Shown here: positions 26,061 through 41,005 of the stretch, in pieces
Position numbering within the stretch: the stretch's first letter is position 1
Layout of the letters: every line of letters starts with the position of its first letter
DNA from: Octopus sinensis
Lineage: Eukaryota
Direction: 5' to 3'
DNA: 64,000 bases
NCBI RefSeq assembly: GCF_006345805.1
Contig: NC_042998.1
Coordinates: 110,546,001-110,610,000, forward strand
Notes under the pieces: generated by a model
The model's database searches: none
Told to the model about the DNA's origin: nothing
The model's input: the letters and a program-made list of their open reading frames with translations, nothing else
Translations under genes and position numbers: made by a program

Positions 26061-27344
26061 GGGTAAAATTTTACTCACAATTTTTCCTAGAGGAGAATAT
26101 TATGTAGGATACTAAACCCCATTTACTCAAAAGCCAAAAATTTTAAGTGAGGCCATTTACGGAATATATTCACATTAAAAATAAACTAAATTGATATCGT
26201 ATAAATTTAAACAATGCTAAAATTAAAAACTACTTTGATTTTTGTTACTGTGTCTGTTATTGCATTCATATTGAACTAATTTATTGAGACCAGTTAGAAT
26301 ATTTTTCAAAGTTAAGTATCACACTCGGAAGAACATTTACAATTCAAAGAGAATTTTACCCTTTTTCTGATCATTCGAGTCAGTGAACTGGAAGAGACAT
26401 AGTGTTTGTATGGAAACCCGATTGTAATCAACGGGTTAAAGGAGAAACAAGCATACACGAACTGTATTAGAATTGCAAAATCATATAAGTGTTGCTTAGT
26501 TAGACGGCCATAAGTTTGGTATGATTATAAAGTAATCTAGACATTTAATTGTTTCCGTCTGAAGTTGTAGTCGTTAAAAATCGAACTAGTGTACTAAGTT
26601 CAAGTTGATGAGAGGATGTACTCGTTCTGCATTTTAATATTTTTCATATAATGACATTGAAAATACTGATGTAGTAAGTGTGTGTTATAATTATAAAATA
26701 ACTATAAAGTGTTTTATGACTTTAAATGCTACCATGTATGATGGTGTTTATTAACACATATGTAAATTATCATTTGATACATAAATAAAGTGGGGTATTA
26801 AATCGTTGAGTATTCTAAAGCAGCTAATTTTAGAAATTACATTTTTGATATGTCTCAGTGGCAGAATGTAACAATTAGAATAGGAAAACAAAATCATACA
26901 CTATGAAACTTTTGACAAATTTACACCTTGTTAGTCAACACTTTCGTTTTAGAAGAACATAGAAAACAATCTTAATTACGAAATACATGCAAAAATGTTA
27001 ATAGTCTTATTATGTCTTCCTTGTTGGTTCATCTCAAAACAAGCTGTCTTTTTAAAGTGTATTTAAGCCAAATTTTAATAATCAAGATGTGTACCAGTTT
27101 TCTCTCTATAGTGCGAGTTCATTCATACGTCCTCTTGAGAATATAAAAGTCTGTAAAATAGCATTTCATGTAGAATTCATCCCAGAAGAGAATCATTCAT
27201 AAATTCGAATCTTTCCCGGGATGCTATAAAATCATAATTCTAAATCATGTAATAATATTTGTACATGGAAAAATATTGTTCTTGCAGAATTGATGATACT
27301 TTAGGTTATTTGTCTAAAAGATTTGGCTTCTTTGATATTGTTAG

Positions 27345-27560
27345 TGGAGGCGTGTGGCTTAATGATTAGTGTATTGGTCTCATGATCATAAGATTCTTGT
27401 TTCGATTCCTGTTGTGTTCATGAGCAAAGCACATCATTTGACGTTGCTGCAGTCCACTCAGTAGGCAAAATTTAGTAATAATCCTGAAACGGACCGGCGT
27501 TTTGTCTAGGTGGGTCGGGCATGTATACGCCATGAGAACCGGAGACCAGTCACATGAGTC
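27345..27560 (+). mobile_element. tRNA-derived SINE
   Basis: ggaggcgtgtggcttaatgattag..gtttcgattcc (A/B box-like), then tgagcaaagcac..gcagtccactcag body. Confidence 0.65.
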
Positions 27561-27689
27561 TATATTACTCGGGAAGAATTTTCATACTTCATTTTTGATA
27601 TCGTTGTCCGAAATATGTTTAAGCTTAACACGTGGATGTTACACACTACACGAATCGTAGAATTATCGGAAAATGAAAGAAAAAATATA

Positions 27690-28086
27690 TCTTTATATAT
27701 AAAAGAGAGGTTGTGTGTCTGTCTCCTACGATTTAGATTCCTAACTGCTCCCACATTTTGCGGTACAGTTTAACCAAAACCGCGTATCTTTTGGTCGTGA
27801 TTCATATCGAGCCCTTCTGGGTATTAGCGCGCGTCTACGATGAGTCTACGATTTAAAAAAAATTTACCATATTTTTTTTCCATTTTAATGCATTTTTTCG
27901 CTATTATATAAGGGAAGAAACTCTCTAAAAATGTCTACGATGAGTCAACGATTTAAACAAAAATTTACCACCACTCTTTTTGCATTTTTAATGCATTTTT
28001 TTGCTATTTTTTGGCTATAACTCTCTAAAAATGCTTATATAGTTATTTCCCTTACAAACCCGAGCAACGCTGGGCGATACTGCTAG
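27690..28086 (+). mobile_element. Non-autonomous Helitron
   Basis: A|TC... 5' end; 3' GC hairpin cccgagcaacgctggg then CTAG|T; internal direct repeats gtctacgatgagtc. Confidence 0.8.
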
Positions 28087-29999
28087 TTTAATATATATTA
28101 GAATAGACCCAATACGCCATCATTGAGAAAAAAGCAACTGAGTAAATGTTTGTTAAGACTGAATCATTTCCTCGAACAATCTCAATAAAATGGTTTTGAA
28201 ATGTAGCAGAAAGTAAATTCACAGGGAATGAAATGTAATACAACTAAAATATTCCAAAAATATCCTAAGAAACTGACCAGATATATATTTGCCGTTATAA
28301 CAATCATAAATAAAATACTCTATTTATATCCTGCTTTAAAAATACCAGCTTGAAGGAACATCTCCTACCAAACACCGTGTCCTCAACGGGAAAGTAAACA
28401 CTGGTCAATAAGTCATTTTGTTGGGAATTTTATGACGCTGTGTCCATTCTCTAACATGAACATGAATAAAAGAAAATATTTTCTGTCTCTTAAGCGTAAC
28501 AATATTTAATATCTCTCATGGTTTCCCGCTGATTCTTTGAAGTAGGCTATGTAATATTTGCGGGTGGGAGAACTGCAAAAAATTCTGTGTATGTGTGTGT
28601 GTGTAATCATGTACAAAAATATATTGATATTGAACAGCTGTCCAGTGGGAAAATGACACAATGGTGATAATTATATTATAAAAGGACCGATACTAGATGA
28701 AACAATAAAATTATAATAGCTTACGTGTTTACAGCACATTTGTTGACTATTTTCTGGGTCAATTACTTTAGCAGCTAATACTAAGTAAACACCTACTTCT
28801 GATAAATAATTAAGATACTTATGCTTTGTTATTGAGATTGATAATAAACATTTATGATTTATACATTTATTGCCTGAGTGATTGAATTTGGGGTTGCTGA
28901 TGGATTGCATGGTTGAACGTGATATTATGTTTATAATTGTGTAATTTAAAAGACAGACATATACAAATGATCATTCTTAGAATTTACGAACGGAATATCC
29001 GAATAACACGTAGTTATAACAAGTACTCTAGCTTTATCAATCACTAGCTTGTACTACTCACTATAAAATATAGGTTGAAATGTTTCTCCAAATGAATAAT
29101 CGAACCGCTGTATAATTGAAAAGCAATATCAAGGTAGTGTATTGAAAATAATCTTCGGATTTAGATTCTCTGTATCTTTTTCTACCATTCAGCATTTGTT
29201 TCAGTGAGCGTTAAGTGCTCCGATAATAAACTCTGTAAAATTCAATATTGCTTACGTTTGTTTGAGAGTACCAGCCTAATATTTTGCCGTTTAAACTTCT
29301 CTGTCATCCTTTAGGAGTTGCCCACGATGAGGAGAAAATGAAGAATGTTTCAAATGGCGGCTCTACCAATTTTTCAACGTCATGCTGTCGGGTTTCTCAT
29401 AAAAATCGATAACAAGAAACAGATAAATGCTGATGTACATTATAACAAAAGTACAAACGTTTACAAAATCGTTTCAAACAGTGCAACAGTGCAAGTTACA
29501 ATCTATCTTCAAATTCCATAATAAACACTACAAATACACTCTTAAACATCATACTGAGAACTAAACACAAACCCTAAAACTTTCATATTATTTTGCAAGC
29601 ACCGCAAACCTAGCATCTGTAGCCACTAGCCCACTACACTAATCAGCTCTATTAAATTTACTTCTAATGAGAGTGAGAAAATAAAATCCGAAACAAACTT
29701 GTCACCATGACTAATAACAATTCTTATATTGTGGCTTAATATTTCGCTTGTTATGTTCTCGCTCAACGAATCAAAAGCAAACACGTATAGGATACTTTCA
29801 ACGAGTTTTTTAAAGAAAAGTTACACGACAGTTTGATACTTTTAGAGCAAACCAGGTAATTGTGTGATTTGAAAATTGTATAGATACCATCAGTAATTTG
29901 GAAATACATATAAATCACTTATAATTGTTATACTCTAACTGCCACGGAATTAATATTTTCTGAAACAAAACAGCATTTTAAAATATCTTTTATCAAACT

Positions 30000-32480
30000 C
30001 CAAAACATACTTAATCACATTTGAACTACAGCCAAGATTGAGCAGAAGAAACTCGAATTCTTCCGTTCCCATCCCCTCATGAGGCCACACTTCAACAAAC
30101 TGGCTGCCATTCTGGGAATCGATTACAACAAGGATGATAAAAGTGGAGATAATGAATCATAAAATAGAAGTCACCTGCTAATGTATGGAACCCGATGATA
30201 CTAACTCTGCCCTCACCAATCTAGACAGCCAGAGAGATGAGAGGGTTGAAAAAGGAAAAGCCCCAAAACAAAAACAAATCAAAGAAAAACCAAAGCCTAC
30301 TACAAACAATCAAGACCAAAAACAAAGAGGAAAAGTAAAGGAAGAAAATAAAAAACTAAAAATAAAGTTTCGGAGATAAACAATGACAAAAAACAACATT
30401 GGCTGCACAAATGTGAAGTTACCAGTGGAACCACCAAAATAAAAGGAAAATATAACTTTGGAGCAAAAATAAAGATCAGACAATGTGGACAAAAGAAGTA
30501 GGAGATACAGAAGTGGAAACATATGCAGATTTTATCTGCAAGGAAACGGCTGAAGCGGAGACAATGGTGCAAATCGCTGTTTCGAATATTCGAGATTGCA
30601 TGGGCTTGAACCAGAAATTCTTTCCAGAAAAACAACAATGAAGGGAGGGGCACCAAAGAAGAAATATCCCGCACTGTCTGCTCCTAAAAAGTGTTATGCT
30701 GGCGTAGTGCGTACTACTTCAAACAACCAGCATCACTCAGATGTGAAAAGTGCAGCAGCTGAACATTTTTTTTGTGCATGTCTCTAAAGATTGTGAAGTT
30801 GCTGATCTGGCTTCATCAAGTGCAGACTCGTGGAAGTAAATCTTAGACCTGATATAGCAGATGCAAAAATGCGCAAACTGTACACTGTATTACAAACGGG
30901 CAGAAGATGTACACTGTATTACAAACGGGCAGAAGAGAAAAGAGCCACAATAGTGTTGCAGTATACATCGATGAGGATCTCACACCGCAGATCCGGCTGT
31001 CATATTCTCATTCAGTGTGTGACACTAAAATTGTATACATAAGACCGCTCAATATTGTTATATGCACTACGTATCGTCCACTGAATTCTTCAAATAACGT
31101 AGGCCAATTTGAAGACCGCTGCGAAAAATAAAATAAATTCTAACCAAATTGGAACAGCACATCAGTGTTTTCCTTCCGGGTGACTTCAGTGTGTAGTGGT
31201 CCGAAGGACTCATGATTTCAAGAATAACATCGCCAGCAAATACAGGTGGAATCCCTGCTTAAGCTTATCAGTGCTTTATTCATGGTAATTAAGCCGGGCA
31301 AATGATATACTAGATCTCTGCTTTACAGTCAATATGGATAGCAAACATAATGTGAAAGTGACACCGTCACTAGACTGGGATCCTAATACAATGGATTTAA
31401 CTATGTATAGACTAAAAGCATATGAACACCCAAATCTTTCTAGTCTGAACTGGAAACTGATTCAGACAGTTGTTCTAAAATACGATTGGCCTAAATACCT
31501 CTCTGCAGCGGACATCGACATGAAACTTAAACATTTCATGTCCGTAATGCAAGCCATGTGCTGCAAGGCCAAAACGCATATGCACAAAACAACACACATA
31601 TGCACAACGCCATCACACTTATACACAAAACCAACACACGCAAGGAGATCCCTAGGGAAAGTTCTTATGAGGTAGCGGATAAAGATTGTAAAATGCCTAA
31701 ACAAACATATGAAAGGTAGTTAAAAGTCGCGCCTTTAAACAACACAGATTGAGGTTGAGAAAAGAGAGAGAATATGAAGAAGACCAGGTTACAAAAAATA
31801 TTAAGTCAAATCATCTAGCTTTCTTTAATTTTGCCAAAGAAACGGCCTCAGTACACAACGAGATAGATCCCTGCTTCCAAAAGAATGGCGCTCTCGTAGG
31901 AAACCCAAGAAAAATAGAAATTCTAAACAACCAGTTCAAATGTGTTTTCACTACCCGTTAGGACTCATGCAAGTAGAAAAACCAATGCAGGTCTGAGCAC
32001 CTATCCCTGAAACCATTGTGACCAGAGAGGTAATATTTTATTACATCGACATCAAAGTAAAAATGAGAGGTAATATTTCATTACATCGGCATCAAAGAAA
32101 AAATGTATTACTGGCTGTAGATGAGGCAGATGCAACTCAGCTCCTGGTTCTTATGCATTCTCAGATCAAACGAGCGAAACCGCTGCAGTTTCTATTTTAG
32201 AGCTTCCTTGCAACTTCAAGTTGAGGGAGGGAATATGCCTTATCCGTAAAGGAGGAAGTAAAGCAAATGCTAAAATCTCTAGGGCTAGCTCTCTGACCTC
32301 ACATAGCGTCAAAGTCATGGAACAAATAGTGAGAACGAACTTAATTGCGCTCATTGATGAAAATGACTTGCTGGCTGATATCTAGCTTCAAAAACCTACT
32401 TGAGGTGAATATAGGTACTTCAAAACGACACTGGATCTCCTCCTGTGAAGAGTCCTGGATGAATCTATCTGGCAGTAGCA
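30000..32480 (+). mobile_element. Decayed CR1/Jockey-group LINE (ORF1 remnant, APE endonuclease, RT N-terminus, internal deletion)
   Basis: APE-like IRPLNIVICTTYRP; IKSNHLAFFNFAK; ILNNQFKCVF; RKGGSKANAKISRASSLTSHSVKVMEQIVR. Confidence 0.8.
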
Positions 32481-32665
32481 AATGCAGATAAGGGCAACAA
32501 CATTAAATTCCCCCAGTCACCAAATGCCACATAACAGACAAGAATTCGAGTGAGAAAGAAAAGTGTAGCAAAGCTAAGAGCAGTGCCCCTGAGTAGCGAA
32601 AGTGATAGCTGAAATTAGTACAGGAATAACAGTATAAAAATATGTATATATGTGCATGCAGGGAA

Positions 32666-32696
<31 letters not shown>

Positions 32697-32708
32697 TGTG
32701 TGTGTGTG

Positions 32709-32768
<60 letters not shown>

Positions 32769-34208
32769 AGATAGACAACGGGTTTTCCTTGTTCAGTTCC
32801 TGTAACACATCAGATTTGCCGCAAAAATTATTAGCACTTCACGATTCATTTATATCCTTAAAATGGATGGCTGCGAGTAGTTTACCTCGATAATTCTGAT
32901 GCCACAAAATAGCCAAATCCAGGCGAGAAATTATCAAATGTTACGCTGAGAAGAGAGACGAATCTTTTAAAGTAGCTAACTGAAACTATATTCATTAATC
33001 TCGGCAGGATGAATGATATTTACCTCAACAGAAAATTCACAAATATCAACAATTCGATATCATGTTAGTGGTTATTAGGGATGTTTGAGTTGTGTTTATT
33101 CAGTATAGATCCAAGTACAATCAATATTCTTACCTGAGATTTTAAATCTGTGTCTATGTGAACATATTTGGTTAGTATCTTATTCGTTGGTCACGACTAT
33201 TTCTTCCTTAATATGCTCGTGATAGATAGCAGTATTTGAGTATATAGTGTACCTAGGTTGGTAGGTGCAATGTGTGTTATTTGCATCTATTTTTACTTAG
33301 TTTATTATTCGGAGATGTTATGTATGTTTGATTGAATTTGTTGATTGACTTGTGTAATTATTGATCTTGTAATATATTTAATTGAGTTTTGTGTAAGCAA
33401 GCAATCGGGTTATAGATAGATAAGTTTGTAAATATGATATGGGTGCAAAATATAAGGTTTCTATATTCTCAGATAGCGTTAGACTATACGACTCTAAGGC
33501 TGGTTGACATCGACTGATGTACTGATCCTGCCTAGAAGTGTAGAAATTAATGTGATATCCTTTGGGGAGCTGAGGAAGGAATGACTGGTTTTATTAAAGT
33601 GATTCATGAATTTGTTATGTTTCTAAGTTTCTCTGATTGATTGCATCCTATATATTATTAGGTATGATTGTTTATATGTATAGAAGTTATAATTTTGGAT
33701 TCTCATATATTTTCGATGGTTATTTGTAGAATTATTTTCGATTTCTCAAGGGTTCTTAAGTAAGGCAATTTGATTATAGAATTGTTTGTTGTTCTGGTTT
33801 AGTTTATTACATATCTCTTTATAATCTGTTTAATTGTCGAGAATTGCGATGTTTTCAGAGTAGCCAAGAATTTCGGAAAATACTCGGAAATGTTGGGTTT
33901 TAAGCAGTGATCGCTCAAAGATGGTTGATATTGTGTGCATATAGTCGTGTTAGAAATATAAAGTAAATCCCTAAAATCTCCATCAAATTTCATAAACCAA
34001 ATTCATTCAGAGAAACGAAAACAAACGAAAGAACAAATTTGACGTCGATGGAGTAGGAAATTTGAAATCAAGGTGTAGAGTGCCGCAAAGAATACCGCAG
34101 AGCATTCGATATGATTCTCTAACAACTCCAATTGTACACACGCACGCACAGGCAGGCACACACACACACACCCATACACACAAACACACACACACACATA
34201 CACACAAA

Positions 34209-34292
<84 letters not shown>

Positions 34293-35167
34293 ACTGTGTT
34301 TGTGTTTGTAAATAATTAATAAATTTACAAAGAGTTATGAAATACTAGTTCAGTCTAGACCTCTCTTTCGTAGCTTGAAAAGCTGCATACTGTAATTGTA
34401 TGTCGCAATACAGAATACTCTTAAAAGATAACCGGAGAAAAGATTGTTCCGTCGTTCCAATAGAATATTAATCTAGCATTAAAGGTTGTTTATACTATAT
34501 GACTTTAAAAGTAGAGAGCAATCTTGTCGGTGATTTCAACGGTAACTGTATTTGTTTCGCGTTTATTCAGCCAAATTTTCTTCTAAGTTTGTAATTTTCA
34601 TTCATTAATATTGTATTGTTTTGTTGTGAAGGATTTGTTATGAATGACCTAAAATACAAGCAACTAATATAATTGAATTATGCTGATATTTATTTATATA
34701 TTCAACTCTTGTCATTCAGTTAGTTGATTTTAATTTTGCATGAGTATCCAAAGAAATATTTATTCGAGTTTATCTTTACACATGCACCCAACTTCTGTCG
34801 CTATCCGAAAGTGCTGGTTAATGATTTCCTGCTTTTTTGCTTACTTAAATACCGTTCCAAGTTTCGTATTCTAATTTCAGTATACACTAGTTGACTTTTC
34901 TCCGCCTTGTTTACATTAAAGACTTTTTTTATGCACACACGCATACGCTTAGAGGATTCTCACACACACACACCTAGTCATACATACACACACACACACT
35001 CGTATGTGTATATATACCTTTATGCCTTTTTGCCTTCCGATAATTGGGTCTCAATACATCATTAGAATCGTATTAAGATATGGGATGTTTTTTCTTCAAT
35101 CTTTAGTAATAGCATCTGAAATCGTTCATCATATACGTATCCTCATAAGAAAAACCGTTTAACATTA

Positions 35168-35294
35168 TACGAGGGATGTATGAAAAGTTTTGAGCCTTCA
35201 AGGCCTAAAGACCTTGAAGTCTTGTACATTCATCAGAAGCCTTGTACCTTGTTTTGTATTTTTGAGGCCCAAGACTTTTCATACACCCCTCGTA
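35168..35294. mobile_element. Tc1/mariner-type MITE
   Basis: TA-CGAGGGATGTATGAAAAGT...ACTTTTCATACACCCCTCG-TA terminal inverted repeats with TA duplication. Confidence 0.85.
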
Positions 35295-36619
35295 ACTTAT
35301 GAATGGCAAGTTATTATAATATCATAAGACTTATAGCGTTATGAAGTTATAACTGTGATGACAAATAACAAGCACTACAGATTTCAATCAAAATATTTGG
35401 CTAGCGTCACACCGACGGTATAAATTTTGTGCGTGTATCTTGGCAAATATCTGGTTTCAGCGATACAGATATTAACTTCACGTTGTTGAAATCTCGGACA
35501 AGAGGGATTAGAATTGCAGTAGAAAATGTCATCTGTGGAACGGTAAATATTATAAATATGAAATTGATAATCAGCTCCAGTGCACATTGTTGAAAACTGC
35601 TTCAACTACAAAAGTGTAATAATCGCATGGTAGTGACGTATATTTCCAGTAACTGCTTACTATGGTTAGTTTGCTACTAAAATTCAAGTACTATTGGAAT
35701 TTGCGTTTAGTAACAGAACAGAGAAAATCCAATGATACAGTCGAATATATTACTACTTCTCGATGGCTAATTTCGCTAAAGTTTGCCTGGCTGAATAGTT
35801 TATCACAACTGCAGTGTCCGTATCTATCATTCTGAATAGGTTTAGGATATCGTATATTCTTATTTTGATTGCCTTTATTTCCGACAAGAGGTTTCAATTG
35901 ATATAATCACAGACAGGTGAAGTGAGTCATGTATAGATAAAGAAGTCTCTGCAGCGATTTGATTGCTTTCAGTCGAAGAAATCTTTATTTCTTTGTTCGA
36001 CATATCTCGTCAAAACGAACTCATTTTTAACGTCATTAGCCGTGATTCATAAATAGAAAGCAACTGTTCTTCGGAGATATAATACATTGAAATGCAAGAT
36101 ACAAATGTGACGCATGTTGCTGTAAAATGAAATAATCAATAACCTATGTGCGTTGTATTCAAGGGATCAAAGTTCTAAGGATTGAATTACCGACTAGGTA
36201 GGAATTTTTCTAAAATATGGCAGTAGTTGTGCTAAAACAACAGGCTAGATGTGCATATATAATAAGAATAATAACATGATTATGTGGGCACAAAATATGG
36301 TAAAATATAAGCAGCTGAAACATTTTTGATAAATATTTTTCTGAATCCCTGTTTAAACAAATACAAGTGACGGTGGTGAGCACTTTTATAGATATAGTAA
36401 ATTTTGTTTTACTGAGAACCATGTTATAACTGGTAGAGTGAAATTATCATGAATCGTATTCCAGCTGTGTGTATTGCATCTTTTATTCAGATTTCCATAT
36501 GCAATATGCTTCCCGATTTTCTTTTGGTTCTTTTTCAGAGCGCAAGATATAATTTAATGGATATTGAAGTAAATATCTAATGAAAATCTACATAATTATG
36601 GCAAGTAAAAGTAGTATTT

Positions 36620-37090
36620 TTGTGTTATAACAGATAGCAGTAGTTCTTTGGCCATAGTTCATTCCTGATCTGACAGATCTAAAAAGATCGCGTACCAGAG
36701 AGGTAAAGACACTGGATTTGAAGTTTATTCTTGCCAGCTGAAACAGATTACTCGAAGAGCAGAATCGTATGTACATGACATCTATTGGAGTTGCAAAACC
36801 ATCTGAAAGCATAGCTGCGAATTATATGGAGAAGATTGTCAGTACTTCGAGATCACCTTGCTTAACTCCATATTCAACTGAAAATGGTTCCAATAGTATT
36901 CCGTCAAAGTTCCCGGCTTTCATACCCTTAAGGATGGCCTTGGTGATATTTACAATATCAGCGAGGAAGTGCCAAAAAGCTAACTACTGTGGTATATCTT
37001 GCTCAAATTTCTACAGGTGCAGGTGTGACTGTGATAAGAAGTTCAATATACAACGACGTGGTTTTCAGTTCAGTGTCCCTGCACGGCACC
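36620..37090 (-). mobile_element. Decayed RTE-clade LINE RT fragment
   Basis: Minus strand EPFSVEYGVKQG..IFSI*FAAMLSD..YIRF..NLFQLARI..VRDLF. Confidence 0.75.
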
Positions 37091-37378
37091 TGGGCCAACC
37101 AATGCTTTGTGAATGTAATGAAAGACAAAGAAACCTGTCATATATAAATATATACAAGAGAGGGAGAGACGAGGAGATAGATAGAGGGAGAGAGAGGGGG
37201 AGAGAAGAGGATCCCGGATTTCTGGCTCAGATTTCTGGGATCTGGAATTATTCAGTAATTTTTTCTAGTTTATTTTGCCTCTTTGTCTTCTCTCCTGGTG
37301 CTGTATGAACATTTAATGTGGTCTTAGAGTCACGTTTTGGCTGCTATTTCCAGCGTGGTGGTCTCTCTTAGATACCCT

Positions 37379-37379
<1 letters not shown>

Positions 37380-37465
<86 letters not shown>

Positions 37466-37640
37466 ATATATATATGTATGTATATATATATATATGTATA
37501 TATATATAAATGTATGTATGTATGTATGTATGTATGTATGTATGTATGTATGTATTTATGTATGTATGTATTATGTATGTATGTATGTATGTATGTATGT
37601 ATGTATGTGCGTGTGTGTGTATGTATACATATATATGTGC
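37380..37640. repeat. (ATT)n/(TA)n/(TATG)n microsatellite cluster
   Basis: Direct sequence. Confidence 0.95.
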
Positions 37641-37689
37641 ACCGGGTGGGAAAGCATAACTTGGAATATTTTGGAAGATTATTTTTCAT

Positions 37690-38600
37690 ATATTCCTGAG
37701 CGTAAATACTAAAATTTTATTTTCTATTTTAGGGTGGAGGCATATAAAGTTAATGTAAGCAGAAGCTCCAGCAATACGATCTAACATGTCCACTTAAGAA
37801 GTCAAGAGACAACGCATTGTAGATGGTTCTCCTACTCATACAGCAAAGAATGTGCAGAAATTCTGCGAAGACAACTTCACCGACTTTTGGCCTGGCAACT
37901 TCGAGCTTTCTTCCAGCCCAGGCTTGAGTTACATTGAGTAATGAGGAAAGGGTTCTGTTTCTCAATGTTAACAAAAGGGATTGGCTCTCGATCACGGTCA
38001 CCCTGTTTTCTCGTGGGTTCCAATAGGCTAGCATGAATTTCATGGAATATAAGCACGTTCCGAATATTTCCGTTCTGAGGTTCAGGATGTTCCCTGGGTC
38101 GAGGGAGTCCCTTAGGATACTCTCCATTTCCCTATGCATAATTTACAACGATTAGTCCCATTAATGTAGGGACCTGAATTTTCTAGGATTCTCCAAGATA
38201 TTGTGTATGGAGTCCCGTCGTCTATCAGCTGCTATATACGTCTCGCTAATGACGTGACGAGTTTCCCTTCCGCTATCCTGAAGGAGGATCTGTGGTTGGA
38301 GAGGCGTTGTTTGAATGAGTTTCCGGAACAGCCGATCTATTTCTGTGGTCGGCTGTTGACGATGGTGTGTCTGTTGGTGTTGGCGTCATGGGAAGTGGCG
38401 ATAGTATTGGTTCCGCCGCTGCCGGTGTTGGTAAGGGTGCCGTTGTTCTTTTCATGGGCATTGATAGACTCGCTGTTATTGTTGTTATAGATGCCTTAGA
38501 GATATTGCTGCTGCTGTCATCGCTGTAAAGTGTTGTCATCGGCGGTGATGGTACTGCCGCTGCTGCTATTCGAACTGTCAAGCCTGCTGCAATAGACTTT
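37690..38600 (-). mobile_element. Internally deleted Penelope-like element (low-complexity N-terminus joined to GIY-YIG C-terminus, plus pseudo-LTR)
   Basis: Minus strand RLSNHRSSFR..TSLARRI*QL..YTISWRILE..PYINGTNRCKLC..LNLRTEIFGTC, typical of PLE endonuclease ends. Confidence 0.75.
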
Positions 38601-38650
38601 ATACTATTCTATAACTTAGAGTGTGCTTCTTTTTTCGGATATATATTTAC

Positions 38651-38737
<87 letters not shown>

Positions 38738-40952
38738 GTATGTGTATATATGTATGTATGTATGTATGTATGCATCCATGCATGTAGGTATGTATGTATG
38801 TTTGTATGTGCATATATGTATGTATGCATGTACGTAAGTATGTATGTCCGTTAATTACCGAACAGTGAGGATAGGTACTCATCACCACATTAGCTAGCTA
38901 CCGTTGGTTTTATGTTGAGTGATAGACGTGGTGTAACGTCCTACGAAACAGGCTTCATAATTGCTAAGAAATATACCGCTCTCAACCTGAAACCAGTAGT
39001 AGTCTGATTAACTGAAAAGGCGTGTATATGCATATGCATATACAAAAGTATAAGCACTTTGAACAGTTAGAGCCTTCCTAAATATATATATGCATAAATG
39101 TGCATTACTCAATAAGTCTATTTTTTAAGGACAAGCGCATAACATTTAGGGGTTCCTGTCCATTTGTTTCTAGCATTTGAAGTGATCTTAAACAGACCTA
39201 TTTCTTGTAAAACAAAACAGCGTTTATGATTGAGCTCTTTATATTTTGTGTACACTCTTGTTCAGATTGTGCATGATATTTAAGGGTTAAAATGAAAAAT
39301 GCAGAGATAATATAATTTTTCTTCTATTTTGTTTAGTAATCATTTGTATTGAGTCTTTGCTTTATAACTCCTATTTCCAGTGATGGAAGATTGAAATATT
39401 TAGTAATGGTTCCCTAACCCTAATCTTAGTACTATACGTACACATGTCACAGTGCTTCAAATTTTATGCCTTTCTTCCTTCAGTTTTCATGTGAATGACA
39501 TGCTGTCTATAAACTAAATGTTACAGCTATTCAAGAGTTTTCTTTAACTCAGTAACTCCACCCACTCACATAATCTCTCAAAAATCCTCTCCCTCACACG
39601 CATCCTCTCTCTCACACACACTCATCTGCTTTCTTTTTTTTTCTCTCTCCCACACGCATCTTTCTCTATCTTTCTCTTTTTGTCTCTCTCCCTCTCCCCA
39701 TCTCTTTCTCTTTCACTCTCTCACACATACTTTTAACCTCTACCCATTTTGCTCTAAGTTAAATGGAGCATTCGGAGATGAGCACCCAACAGGATATAAA
39801 CAGATGACACTCCAGTCGAACAGCCGATATCATAACCATGTGTCTTTTGCGATTTCGTATTTGTTTTAGATTGAATTTTGCATAAAAATATTTACTGCGA
39901 CACCATAAGAAATGATGTAGCCTTGGCTGTGTTGAGAAAACTAAAAGTGAATTCATATTTTTTCCGCTCTCTTCCTGTCTCTCCTTCCTCCTCTCTTTCT
40001 CCCTTCCCCCCTCTCTCTCCCTCTTTCTTTCTTTCAGCAATCACACGTAATAGAATACGACTTGGTAGTAGAAAAACTTTGGTTTTTCAAATTTAATTAA
40101 TAAACTTCTACGATACATTTCTCTTTCCCGTATTTGTAGCCCAAACGCTGGTACAAGCATGACTGCTGTTATTGTAAAATCCTCTTGGTCGATCTAGTGT
40201 AATGAAGCTTGCTCTAACTTTTTCTCTGTAACTTTTTGTATTTGTTCTTTTTAATTTGGCTTTTCAACATTTATTTCTTTCCTCACTACTTGCCGCCATA
40301 TATTGCAGTCATCACTGTCTTTTCCAAGGAGAAGGAATCGATACGTCTCCACCAAGGCCATCTATATTTGAATGCCCGGTGGCCTCAATACAGATCCCCT
40401 GTTAAAGTCCAGGAAGCCGAAACTCAGGGAGGATAAATTGTAGACTAGTAATGTTTGAGCTCTAACGGATAATCAGGCTGGAGATGTAATCACTTAAAAC
40501 CATGTTAATTGTATATCTAACAAGGCGCAACTCTTATCTCATCAGCTTTTCGATGTGTCCTCGATAAAGTGCCTAAGTCTCGGCAGAATACAACAGATAT
40601 GATAAAACTACTCTTCGTTGAATTTTGCAGAGTTTTATGCATTTTTGTTTTTAGAGTCCAACTTTGAACATCCTGATAACTAGTGCAGTAGAATGTATGC
40701 AGCAAGCCTTCTGCTTTCCAATCTATTGATATCAGAAATCGTGATTTTATTCACTACATTTAGAGGCTAGATTGTGATTAGGATGATTGGGATCTATTTT
40801 CTACCATGACAGAGTCAGGTTGCTGCTTGTCTTCTGTCTTTTTTACGTTAATTAACATGTTGAAGAAGGCGCATTTTCAAACGATGCACAATTCTCTAGC
40901 TGTTTTCTAATGAATGAGCTACAACACTTGTTTTATTACCGATTCAACTTCG

Positions 40953-41005
<53 letters not shown>

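Noticed and set aside
30878-30937. 29-bp tandem duplication tgtacactgtattacaaacgggcagaaga
   Set aside because: Ordinary slippage duplication within a dead LINE.
36769-37308. 179-aa plus-strand ORF
   Set aside because: Antisense to a decayed RTE reverse transcriptase and runs into (GA)-rich sequence.
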